This document shows, one piece after another, positions 9,171 to 21,870 of a DNA stretch of 64,000 nucleotides. This stretch comes from Balanoglossus misakiensis (taxonomy: Eukaryota; Animalia; Hemichordata), in NCBI GenBank assembly GCA_040954595.2, contig CM082587.2, forward strand, positions 6,747,705 through 6,811,704, in the 5' to 3' direction. How positions within the stretch are numbered: position 1 is the stretch's first letter; every line of letters begins with the position of its first letter. Both the position numbers and the translations under genes were made by a program. Below the pieces are notes generated by a model. That model did not search any database. It was not told the origin of the DNA and was given only the letters and a program-made list of their open reading frames with translations.

Positions 9171-11723
9171 CTCACATGGAGAGCTTACTGTATTCCTCCT
9201 GTATTGGGGTATCCATCCAGCATAAAATATGTTCAAAGGATATTTCTCATACACATGTACTGTTTACATTTGAAAGAATGTAAACGGAATACTGAAAGTG
9301 TTGAAAGACCTGTCATATCCATGTATAGTGCATGTGTTGTTATCATGGCCAGTTGAATTTCTTTTCATATATTGAACCATGTTTTGATAAACAGCACTGC
9401 GTCTCGCACAGTTACAGTTCCTGTTGACAAGGCAAATATTCAGATTTCAACTTAAGACAACAAAGCAAATAGAATAAATAATGAAAAAATCAAAAGTTAT
9501 TAGGGCTTCAGTTCAAACACAATATTTTTCCATTGCTATGTCAACACTTACACAAGAATATAAGTTATTGCCCAGTTTATCAAAAATTCATCGTAATACG
9601 TAGAAAGCCACCATTTTCTGTGTAAAATGACAGAAAGCAAACACAATTGTTGGGAAAAGGGCTCATGATTATCGCTCAAAGATCTTTAAGAGCGTCATTA
9701 AAAATTAAAAAGCAATTTTTTACCAAGCTGAACAACGATCAGATTAGGTAAATGTGAAGTACGGCGGGACAAAGTGATTATCTCACAAGAAAAGATGAAA
9801 GTTACAGTCGACGCTTTTAACGTAACTTCCCCACAAACAGGAAACGGACACACGCAGAAAATGATTTTATAAAAGAGTTGAAACTGCTTAGTACTGCATT
9901 GAATTCTGGTTCCCAATTCAAGCTATCCTTTATTCTCTTCTCGTGATATCTATTTTTCCAACGACTCAAAATGCTCTGTGAGATGTTTTCCTTGCGCACT
10001 CTGTTATCCAAGTCGATGATCTGGCGAGGCATGTTTTTCGTAATCTGCGAGAGGAACAGTTTTCTTAAAATCAGCTGAATCTGGAAAGAAAGAAAAAATC
10101 ACAATAATTCCTGGCCATTGCTCGCCGTGCTTTAGAGCAAGCAGAGAGTAAATTGTGTTTGCTTTGCGGCTTGGACCGGAAAAATCTCTTGATCCTGCAC
10201 CTGTTGCGCACAGTTCAATCAATTCTTATTTCACACGAAGCGAGTACCTCATACTTTTTTGTATGACTGGGGTTAAAATCAATTCCAAAATGGTTATTTT
10301 TAACGACGACAACTGTGTCCTTTTCTGCTAGCCGTCTTGTGATCCATAATGTATAGACTGTAATCATCCACATACTGCTAATAAAAGGTGCAATTTAAAT
10401 TGATGATTTCTCTGCACGTCAGAAATTCAGCTGTACTGGCATGTACACGAACCATATTTGAGAGCGTGAACATATGATTATCAAGGGCATCATGGGTGAC
10501 AGTGTTTCATCCAGTGAGGGAGATACGTGCCCACCCCAACCCCCATTTACATTTAAGGGATTTGGAACAACCTATACTTAAACACCCACACCCAGAAACT
10601 CGTGGATTTTTTGTTTGCAGACCCATGCATGGATTTTTTTATTTTGAAGGCCAGATTACCTGCAGAGAAATCAATAATAGCTGTTATATAAACGGTGCAA
10701 TGCATATGCTTGCAAGGCAGTTATTTTATTTGGTCAAATTTCAGTCAAACTGAACTCTTTCTACCAAAGCAACCTGTCCTGGTCTTCTGGGGATAACTTT
10801 ATCGTACTTCTCTGTCATGTGACTGTGAATTGTCACATGACTCTTGTGGTTCGTTCCATCTTTTGATGAAGACCCATTTTCTGTCTCGCTTTTGAACGCC
10901 AAGAATAGATTTTTAAAACACAAACAACCCACTGCTGTCCCAGCAGAATCGTCCGAAACCGTTCACACATGATTTGTTTTTGTGTCGGGGTGAAAACAAA
11001 AACCCCCACCCCTGCTGATAAGCTGCTCACAGAGTGATCAATAGCACAAACAATAGGGCAGGTCATCGACGTAATTGATTTTCTCAAAAAAAGGCAACTT
11101 CTCAGCTACTGTTGTATGTAAATAAACAAAGCATCACAGTGGAAAAAAATGAACCCCAGACTAAGTTCTGAAAAACACAAAAACAAAACAGACATTAATT
11201 GCTAATCTAACGACTGTGTGAACATTTAATGATAGAAATTTCATAAAGGAGGATTGTTTATTACTGATTGGAAAATGCTCCTAGCATACAACATTGAACT
11301 ATCACTCAACAAGTCAGTTTTGACAGATGTACAAGGAAACGTGTTTATAGAGACCTAATTAAATGTTTTCATGTATCTTTCAATTTGATTAGATTTGAAA
11401 GAGCTGGGGTCAAGCTGTTTTGAGCACCCTGGGATCAGTTGGAATAATCCCTCGCACTTTTTCACCCAATTTGTTGTCTTTTCCAAATCTCCAACACAGG
11501 CTATGGTTGTCGCCTGCGGCCATCTTATCTGTTGTTATGACAACGACTTTTGTACCCAGAGTCTCTGGTTTGGCACATGTGCATAAGACGATCGTCGTCC
11601 TTTAATTGGACTTAAATTAAACTAATTTTAAATTACTGTGTTCATTTGTCAGCAGGGCTCACGGGAAAAATGCCACCAACCAGACATCACAGAGAAGTGA
11701 GTCCGTCGAGGTCAAGATTTTAA

Positions 11724-11808
11724 CCCTTTCACTACCATGGTTCAGTCCAAACCCATTGTTTTCTATGGTAAGGTTGGACTTCTAAAGAGGGAACTGGGGG
11801 TGAAAGGG
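11724..11808. mobile_element. 85-bp piggyBac-like MITE, copy 1
   Basis: TTAA on both sides (11720-11723, 11809-11812); CCCTTTCA..TGAAAGGG TIRs; near-identical copy at 23657. Confidence 0.85.
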
Positions 11809-14800
11809 TTAAAGAAAAGACCAGCCATGTGACCAAGCGTGCCATATTTTGCACAGGTTAGTTTTATTGACTCATATTTTGTGTCAAAAATTGTGACACT
11901 TTCTATTAATGAGAAAAAACAAACAAATTTAAGCATTCAAGAGAAAACATTTTTTGTTTAAATGCAAAAGTACTGGTAAATTTTGACCCATATGTACCAT
12001 CTTTACCAGACAGTAAAAGGTGTTTATAGACAGAATGATATGACACTCCATTGAACTAAATACATTCAGATAAATATATTTCATCGAGCCTATAAATTTC
12101 AATCCAGAGATTTAGGTGACCTAGCTTGTTCAGAATAAGTCGAATTATTTTTGTTTGTAAATAGTAATTTATTGAGGTGATTTTTCATGTTAATAATAAT
12201 ATATAAATAAATACTGCCAGTGCAGTCATCGTAGCTGTCTCACAACCAGAGCGCGCACTTTGCTCATGCTATGTTCTTTAATACTAAATTACACTTAATA
12301 GCATACAGTGACAAGCGAGTGCCTATTTGCATATTAGCCATAAATAATTTAGCAGAAGAACACCTGTGTCGAACAGATTCGGCACCAGTATGCATATTTT
12401 CTTGACTAAAAGACAAAACAGAGATTGGCATTTCTGGAGTGACATATTCAAAAACCGGCAGTTACTGGAAGGCAGTCAAACACACCGCACCTGTGAGATT
12501 CACAATTCACAGTGGGTGAATTGGTCAGTATACAAGAATAGTAACAGTGCTGATTAAACATACGAAGTCTCTGTTGACCAATCAAGTGCCACGATTCCCA
12601 CCATGTTGTGGTGAAGTAGAACAAGATGCTGTACGTTAGAGACACCCAGAACAAAAAAAAGTGAGAATTAAATACCTCTACTGCTGTCATTTCAATGTGA
12701 CGTGCAGAGGACTCATGTTTGTATTACGGATCAAGATCCGTATAATTACTCGGGTGTCTGTGGAAGTTTGCTGGATTCTGTAAGGTTATTGAGTTATGTG
12801 TGCTAATGCTAGCCTCAACTTTTGGGGAGGGTGGGGGAGGGAAGACTCGCTACTGGAATTTTACTGCTCAGTTGCTGTACACTGAAGCTAACAATGCCAG
12901 TCAACACTGGACAACAGAAATACCATACACTGTTTAAAGTTTAGGCTTTAAAACTTTCAGTTTTTGGAATACACTGCAGAAGTAAACTTTTCCACACAAC
13001 TCCCTTCACAACCTAATCAATTATGCATTCACTGGAACCACGAAGAGAAAAATACAACGTCACTCCTTGACGTTAACAAGCAACAAGACTTTAGTCGCGA
13101 AAGGAGCTGATGTGTACATGCACTCTACATAATCTGACCACTGCTATAATGCAATCAGAGTTCCACTATAGAAATTGCGTCAATCTAAGCCGGGCTCTCA
13201 AGTGATTATTGCCGAAATATCAATACGCTTCTAAAAGGAGACGTCAGCTGGCCGCCTTCTCACCCGGCGCCGAAAATCAATCGGGCAATTCAGCGCCGCG
13301 GCTGGGCATTCATGCCGGCATTGATTTCTCGGCGCGTAGTCATGATTCCCGTAAATGACTATTCGCGTAATAATATCAACTAGTTTGCTTGGGAACGCGA
13401 TGTCCGATACTCTCCATTCAGCTCGACAGCTCTCGCAGTCAAAAGCCATTAAAAATGCATTGTTGAACGGACCACGGAGTCGCTTGTTTTCCCGGTTTCG
13501 AAATCGTGGCCGCACGCTCCTTGTTAACAGATACTGTTTCTTTAAGTAAATGGAGGATGTTGTCAGCAATGCACTCTAACATTAGAAGGGTCCTCATAAT
13601 TAATATGGTCCCATACAGCCAACACATATTGGGGGAGGGGGGGATCTTGTGATAGGATTGAAAGTTGAACAAATTATTTGCTGTGGAATTTAAAGCCCCA
13701 GTAATTAATGTCTGACTATTTTCTCAGTGCTTTCTTCCCATTTTATCAACACCAGAATAAAAGACAATGCTGCTTTAAAGGCTCCTTCGCCATATCAGTC
13801 AGATATTTCATTCCATCAAAAAAATTTAAATGCGTGATTGTCAGTGCCGTACGTCCATTAGTATAACATATAATATTTTATTTTTGGCATCACTCTGGTA
13901 AACAGGAAATAATCATGCTTCATCAAGCAAAACTGTATTAATTTCCTTTCTGATAAATTGTTATTGGTGTTGTGGGCAGAGTTATGGATCAGTGATGGCA
14001 TTAGCTCAGGCAAATTAGCTTGAGACACAATGTTTGGAACAAATGACTACAAGTAATTAGCCATTTAACCACATTTGATGCACATTCTGCTCAGAACAAT
14101 GTAAATTTTGTAACCATGGCTGATTTTTACCAAAGTTTTAGACAGACTGATGGAAATTAAAACATGGCGTAACTTGTTGACAGCCAATACCGTGCATGTA
14201 CAATATTAAAATACAATTTAAAATATTTTCTCTGAAAATGCTGATACATAAATACAATTTGTCAATATGTTGCTGGCACATGCCTAGCACTTGTGCTAGC
14301 TTGCCAGTGCTAGCACGTCCAAAGCTCCCCATTGTCAAACAACAGCACATCCATTTGTCGGCCAAGTACGTGTATGTGCTAGGGCTATGCCGGCAGTTTG
14401 CTTAGAAATGGGCTGGCACGCTGCCAGATTCTTGTAAGATATTCCACCATGTCCATTCTGCCCATTTTGCTTGTTTCATATCACAGATAATATTCTGTCG
14501 GTGAAATTCTTTTTTAAGTAAATTACCTTGCCCTTTTCCTGTCGATTAAAGAATCTTGGCCAGCGATACCTATCTGTGGTTTGAAATTTTATCCAGTCGA
14601 AGTCGATACCGAATAAAGTTAATCTCAGTAAAACTGAACTGAAATCAACACTTTTACCAAGCTAATTACAGTCATCAATATAATTATTAACAAGAACTGA
14701 CAAATATGAGTAACAATGAAATTCACGGGAACATGACACCAATGTATCAAATTTAACCACCGAGGGCCACGTTACTACTTAATTTCTACATTAATATAAT

Positions 14801-14984
14801 ACATGTAATTCTGTCAGTTTTAGTGGCTTTTGTTTAGTGAATTTAATTTTGATCAGTATAGAACTCATTTTTCCAGCAAAAATGTGTCTTATACCATTTG
14901 TTCATTTACATTTTTCGTATTTTTTTTCTTATCAGTTTCATCATTGCAGAAAAGGAAAGTTCTGTCGAGTTATTCCATTCTTTT

Positions 14985-15236
14985 CCGCATTCAGGGTTTT
15001 GCAGAGAAACCTTTAAAACTTATAAAGATGGACTTTTTTCATATTTTCATGAAGAAACCCAAGTAATCATTTACCACTGAATTCGGCAGCCATTTTGAAT
15101 TTCAAACATTTGTCAATTTTTTTAATTTTACACTTTAGTCCCAGAGTTTGCATGTGGACTACCGGTACATTGTTCGTTTTCTGTGAAAACTTCTAAAAGG
15201 GTAGTGCTGGTAAAAACTTTTAAGCAACTTCCTTAA
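14985..15236 (+). mobile_element. Degenerate interspersed repeat fragment (GGCAGCCATTTTGAATTT core, CCTTAA end)
   Basis: Core motif matches the reverse complement of 60503-60520 and similar motifs near 30830 and 33165. Confidence 0.4.
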
Positions 15237-17429
15237 ACATCACCTAAACGCAGTTCCGACATTCTACAAAATGTTCATTCAATTCATATCATAAAAATCA
15301 TCATTACATCGCAAATTAATTATCGCCGTCCCTTCCTGCATCAATTAATATACTCCCAATCAAGAAAACCAACTATTTCATCTAATTTGACCATGTCATT
15401 CCAGAATTAGTAATTTCTTCTAATTGGGCTTTGATTTCGATGCGTAGTCCCAAGATGGAGGCCCAGTATCATTTAATTAGCATCCCATCTGTGTAAAGAC
15501 TCGTTCCCAAGTAATTTCACTCAACAAAAATTCCTGTTTCATTATTTTATCTATGAGTATCTACTTCAGCGATGCCTATTAAACATAATGACTATCATTG
15601 ATATTAATGCAGATACGTCACACCGCTAATTCAGATAGTGGATAATTAAAAACAATTTCTGATAGTTTTGCTGGGACTTGTGTTTTTGTCAACATGTCTG
15701 GAGGCTGAAACAAGTCTAATCTTGAGTTTCATCTTTCTTTGTTATATCGTCAATCTAATTATTTGTTGTTTTATTGCTTGAACATATGCTTTCTCAAAAC
15801 ATTCATCACCTGGTAGTTGTTTTTTTACATTTTAACATACACTTTACTTGTTTCATACTAAATTTTATGATATGACGATGATAATATTACTTATTTTATA
15901 CCCACATGAATGTTTAATACTGTCACCTGTTCACAAATATCTCAGTGTCGCTGTTTAGATTTCTGTGGTCGATATTTGTTGTCATAGTTACTCGTGGATT
16001 GTAAGTGATACAAAGGAACTGAATAGCACGTACAGAGATGGCTGATGTGGGTTTTTAAGGAGGGTCTTATGGCAATATAGCTGCATGGATGTGAGGGCGC
16101 TTCTTCCCCATAGATTAAATCTCTAGGGATATAATAAACCACATTATACACCACTGACCTTATAGCCATATCACCTTTGACCCATTGGAAGCTACAAATG
16201 CTTGTTTACAAAAAAAAACCCAACCAATTTTACTGGAACCGCGGTTTCATCATTATACCAGATCTATTTACAAGCATTTAAATGAATGGTAATAAATTAC
16301 CCTGTACGAGTCATTTTTAGAACAAAAATGCATGCAAAAACAAGTAATTCATCAAATTTCCATGGATTAATTACAAGAGAACTTTAAAACCATCCCAATT
16401 GCTCTACAAAACATGCCTGCTTGTGTTTTTAAGTTTATGAACAAAAGGACTCAAATGCTTTAATATTCCCATGAATTATTTTCAAATATTGACAAGTGTC
16501 ATCAATTTAAATAGTATTAGTCTGTCTTGTGGTGGTCCTGGAAAGCATAAATATTCGACTGCATCAATGTGCAACAATTTATGAGTAACACACGCATGGC
16601 CATTGAGTCTGTCAGCCTCTCGGACAGATGTCGTTCAAATCACAATACAACTTCCCGGAGTAAAATATGCTTGACTGTGAATCCATATGGCCGTGTCGCC
16701 ACTCTGCCATAAGGAAAATTGCTCAGGCCAATCAGTTTGTGTTATATTTACGATATTTTACAGCGACGTTTTATTCGTGACTGTACAAAGAAGAAGTAGT
16801 GCATGAATGTTTATACAGCCAATCAAAGTTTTGAATTTTATTCCCTTTTTGTGAAATAGTTGTATTTAAAGTTGTCTAACGGACATAGTGTTCTCTTCAC
16901 CCAGCCTGCTGCATTTTATTCTGGAGAAGAAGACTGTGTCTATATCTCTGAGTAACCGTATAAAATTCAGAATGCCAGGGTCTCTTAGTTCTCGACCTTC
17001 CACGAAAATAAAAATTAATTCAAAGGGTAATTTTTCTACATTTTCCCCCCAGAAAGAAAAGTTTTCCTTCTTGGAATAATTATAGTTGAAATACAGAATT
17101 TCTAAATCAAATAATTTCTCACTGTCAGAGGTGCTGTGTAATTCAATATCGAGTGATATAATTACTCATTAAGTTAGATCACATTCATAACTGAGATCTC
17201 CCAGGACACCCTCTTATCAGCGTATCAAGTTACACATATATTTTATACATTATCAACGCATTCTAATAAATCAGACACAATCACAGGGTTCAATTTCGCC
17301 AGTTTTCCATTGCTCTCATCAACTTTCTCCAGAGGGTCCTTTTTTAGAGAATTCTCATAAAAAGTAAACCAGCAGACTGGAAACACTGATTATAATTGTC
17401 GTTTAGGTTCTAATTAGAAATGCGCCCGT

Positions 17430-17480
17430 ATCTGATTGGTCGTTGTCGTGGGAATTACTCACCTGATTCATTTGCATATA
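17430..17480. promoter_or_regulatory. Compact motif cluster: CCAAT (reverse), CSL/Su(H) site, octamer
   Basis: CTGATTGG 17432-17439, CGTGGGAA 17447-17454, ATTTGCAT 17470-17477. Confidence 0.35.
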
Positions 17481-19920
17481 AATGTGTTTTAGTCAAAATA
17501 GAGTACAAGTCACTTTGGATTGATATGTTGGACCCAAAAGAAAAATCTGTTTTTGATTTAATTATAAAAAAAAGTATTGCAGGAATTGTGAATTTCTGCC
17601 AAGAAACAAAGTTTTGTTATATGTACATGTTGATTTTTTTTCAAATTTGGTAGAAATCGTGGAATTTAGGTTAAAAAATAGAACAGAGAGGTGTTTTCGC
17701 AGCACAGGATTTCTTACAAGTTGTGTACTATTGTAGTTTCTTCATTTAATTTGTACGTGTGGTACAAATTTGAGGGTACTGTCGGGAAAACATGCATCAA
17801 ACTTACCTTAAATACCTGAACACTTTATTTCTGCGTTCAAATACCTAGACAAAAATGTGCCGTGTTTGAGAATAATAAACAAAGTAAGTGCATAGCCCAG
17901 ACCAGTTTGCACCAGAGTGATTTTCTGAGGAAAAACTCACTCATCTTTATTTAAGATTTCCTGTATTCAATTTCCTGTCACAAACAGATATTACACGAAG
18001 CCTAACCATTGCCATGACCCAGGATGTACGCTTTCATTATTATAATTCTTTATTAACCAGCTTCTGCCAGAAATAATGTTGCAAAATAATAAATTGTAAA
18101 ATTAGAATCCTGCTTAGCTACACCACAGCCACTTTCCCTAACTATTATGTTCGTTTCTAGTAATTATTAGAAGTGTTACTGTTTTAAGGTTGAGTATGTT
18201 CATTTCCTGGCAATGTGTAAATTAAAGTCAACTTTGACACGCGTCTCATTTCCATTTATACATTTCTGGTTTCAATTGTTTTGTACTGGTCAATTGTAGC
18301 AACTTAATGATTTAATTCATCAACTCTTAACGAGAGGATTTGTTTGTCCTTTTATCCTAATTGCTCGGGTTTTAGGTGAATGAATTAATAGTGAATTAAT
18401 ATGAAATGAATTGAATTATATTGAATTAAAATATGTGCAACACAATTTATCAAAACCACAGTATTAACACAAGTCTTTGCGGTACAGAATTTCTAACGCT
18501 CGTATACAGCAACGTATATCTTTTTTATTTGTCTTAAAAAATCATCGATTGATCCACCAGGAGACTCCGGGAAGGTAGCAAGTAATAATATCTCTTTAAT
18601 CACAATAATTATTTCACGAATACCATTAATTGATGAGATCACTCTATGGCTTGCCATGAATATTTAATTTAGTAATAACTGTTTAGTCTGTGAGGCATGC
18701 AATACGATTAGTATCTTGTCAATCTCGTATTAGTAAAACCTGTGGGTTTTGTCGAATACACAAAACAATTGCTGTTGTTCTCCCTACCACTACTCTCAAT
18801 AATTGATTAAAAAACTTTTCATTATCACTGGAGCGTGTCTCTACACTTTGTAAAAAGAGAAGTCGGATATGAATGGATTCTTGTAACTTAGCACGCCATC
18901 AAGGGACTCGAAATGTTCAATGGCTTGGTAGTATTATTGAAAGTGTGTTTCATACAATACTTTTTATTTCCCTGTGTCGTGTCTTTGCACTGGTGAATGC
19001 AATTTGGAATTTTTCTCTTCCCCCCCCCCTTAATATAATCAACCTGTGCTAAAAAAAATGATTGTTTTGACAATGAATGCCATTTTGAGAATTACTAATT
19101 GCTTGACGAGTATACACAAATTGCAGTCACCAATGTGTAGTTTTGATTAATTAGACTGTACACAGTCAATTTAATCAGATTGCCGGGATTAATATTAAGG
19201 GGGCAATTTCTAATGTTGTGAGATTACTGAGTGCCAACAGGTTTCAAGGCTCAAGACACGCGAGCTGCAAAAATGCCTGATAACGCTGAAATATGAACTG
19301 GAAAATGTAGCTGATGTGCTCAGGGTTCAGATCAAGCTCATTTACACCCTGTGGTCACCCGTCTATTTAAGTGAATTACTTGACACAAGGAAACACACAC
19401 TTGGTTGGTGTCTGTGTGTTTGCTAATATCGTGGCACTTGTCGAAAAAGTAATCTTTATTACAGATTGTCACATCGTAGAAATTAGATTATTTGTGTGTT
19501 GTTGTTCGGTTACTGCCAGTGACAATACTGGCTATAGTTAGTCCACTCCACAGCTATACCACTGGTTGGAAATTCTCGTTTCAACTGAAATTATAAATCT
19601 TTCCCAAGCACCATACCTGGGGAAATTGTGCCAGAGTTCTTGGTTTATAAAATTTGATTACATTGCACCCAAATTGTGAAGGGCTGTTTTGTAGATTGAT
19701 ATCCGGGGCTTTAGATTAGGTGGTGTGTTAAGTCCAGCTTATAAGCAGTGTTGCGTTTACAAGAAATGTTCCCATAGAAGGCAGAAAACACTTTTATAAG
19801 ACTGACTGCATGCAAGATGCAAATTTGCTTCTGTCTCTGCCGAGAGTGTAGGTGTAGTCGAGAGTTTTCCAACTTACTTAAAATTATATAGTCTTCATTA
19901 GAATAATACACTTATGTCAA

Positions 19921-20195
19921 GGGTGCCTTTGCCCATTTCATGTGTTATGGGCCCCTCTGCCTCTTTTATGTGTTATGGGTGCCTTGTCCCTTTAATACTG
20001 TTTGAGTGCCTTTACCCCTATAATATATCAGTTGGGTCCTTTTGCCCCTTTAATACATCAATTGAGTCCCTTTGCCCCTTTAATACATCAATTGGGTTCC
20101 TTTGCCCCTTTAATGCATCAATTGGGTGCCTTTGCCCCTTTAATGCATCAATTGGGTGCCTTTGCCCCTTTAATGCATCAATTGGTCCCTTTGCC
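19921..20195. repeat. Minisatellite, 28-30 bp unit (CCTTTGCCCCTTTAATGCATCAATTGGGTG), about 9 copies
   Basis: Near-perfect 30-bp units from ~20040 to 20190, preceded by more diverged ~28-bp units. Confidence 0.92.
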
Positions 20196-20732
20196 TCGAT
20201 TAATGTGTGATTGCAGTCTCATTATTTGAACAGTTCATTCAGGCCACTCGGTGGGAATTAATTGACTTTCTCTCATCACGGTGTCCTACAGTGTACATGG
20301 CTTGATTAGTACCAGGGCCCACTCTGATCCCCAAAGACCTATCTACAGACAATGCACACAGACATTCTGATTTGTCTCTTGTCAAACCGTATAAATTATG
20401 ACCATGGTTTTTTGTGTGTGTTATTGATGATGATGATTAGAAAATTAAAATGGCTTTTTAATGATGTTAATGAACTGGTACATGGAATGAAACTGATTGT
20501 CGGCACGGCCGGTGTACTGTCAACCGGGCACTTACAAAATGTTGGCCATTCATTATCTAAATTAAACTGACTAAACATTTTAATTGATTAGCCATGGTGC
20601 ATTGTCTCTGTTTTCGGCAGGAACAAAAAAAATAGTAGAGTCGTGATATTTGTGGCTTAATCATCATGTAGCAGCATTAAAGGGATGGTGAAAATGCCCC
20701 CCCCCTCCTCCCATGTACCCATTCCAAACCCG

Positions 20733-20901
20733 TGCATTTTTTTTTTCGTTTTGATAATTTCAACTAATATTAATCTGATTAATTACTTTAATTGATTAGC
20801 CATAGTGTATTGTCTCTAATCATTGCATTTTTTTTCGTTTTGATAATTTCAACTAATATTAATCTGGTTAATTATTTTAATTGATTAGCCATAGTGTATT
20901 G
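20733..20901. repeat. Tandem duplication of ~79 bp (20733-20812, 20824-20901) with a third partial copy at ~20561-20609
   Basis: tgcattttt..cgttttgataatttcaactaatattaatctgRttaatta..ttaattgattagccatagtgtattg occurs twice. Confidence 0.9.
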
Positions 20902-21289
20902 AATCTGCTCTTTTGAGAAATAGAACACTAGTAGAGTCTGATATCGTGGTCATGATGATTTAAAAAGATACTTGCTCTTCGCAGAGATATGAAAACTATA
21001 TATTAGTTTGGGTTTTCTTCGACACTTCAGAGCTCACAGACACAATCTGACAAACTGGTGGCCCTTTTCTGTCTGCTTCCTAAAAATTTAAGTGCCACAT
21101 AATTAGGACAGGAAAATGTTTATGTTTCTGTCATTGCATTGCTGTATATACTCTGTCAAATTTCTTCTCAACACTTTCAATTTATGAAGTACACGTATCT
21201 ATTCCCGAGATACGACCAGAAAGTTTGAAAATATTCGACACCACCGTGATACCTGATGTGGTACGTGCAGAACATTAGCGGTGAGACGT

Positions 21290-21870
21290 ACAGGCTTAGT
21301 GACGTTTCTGAGAGGCGCATTTAATTAACCGTTAACGTGGAAAATAGTGGCTTAACAATTGTCATTTTATCAGATCTCGAATCGATCCACTCATGATTTT
21401 CAACGACGCACTCTCCGCCACTTCTGCCCGCTTTCGAATTCAGTCGAAGTCACTTTCGATGAGTAACAATTTTCTATCAGTTGATTATTTATTTACGAAC
21501 GCACAGGGGCCCCGGTCCGCTTTGCATACAGGAAGTGATGTACGGAAACGATCGGAAGCGACGATAATGTTCCCCTCTCTCCGGGTAATGTGTATTTCAC
21601 ATGGCCGGTTTATTGTTTGTCCCAATTACAAGTGCCATAATGATTGATCTGGGTCCAATCAGAGTGACACTGAAAATGAAGACTTGTCTTATCAGTTTCC
21701 AGTCGACCGCTTCCATCATTAGCAGTCGGGGACCCGTTACCGCGCACGCAGCGCTTCCATTATACGAGGGCTGCCTGTACGTGGAATAACGCGCTGTCCT
21801 AGATCCCAGCTGCCGATCAATCTGGTGCCCGGCGTCTCCAGACAACAAATGTGATTTCACAACTGTCACA
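21290..21870. promoter_or_regulatory. CpG-retaining enhancer-like block
   Basis: CpG-rich island in a CpG-poor background; TTAATTAA, CAGGAAGT (21529), TGATTGAT (21641), CCAATCA; no credible ORF. Confidence 0.4.

Noticed and set aside
17807-17844. 38-nt minus-strand micro-exon candidate (ttttgtctag..AAG|GTAAGT)
   Set aside because: Good splice signals but no partner exons could be linked; may be chance, so not called as a feature.
19914-20229. Repeat-protein ORFs or CRISPR-like 30-bp array
   Set aside because: Head-to-tail minisatellite with no unique spacers; eukaryotic context; no cas genes.
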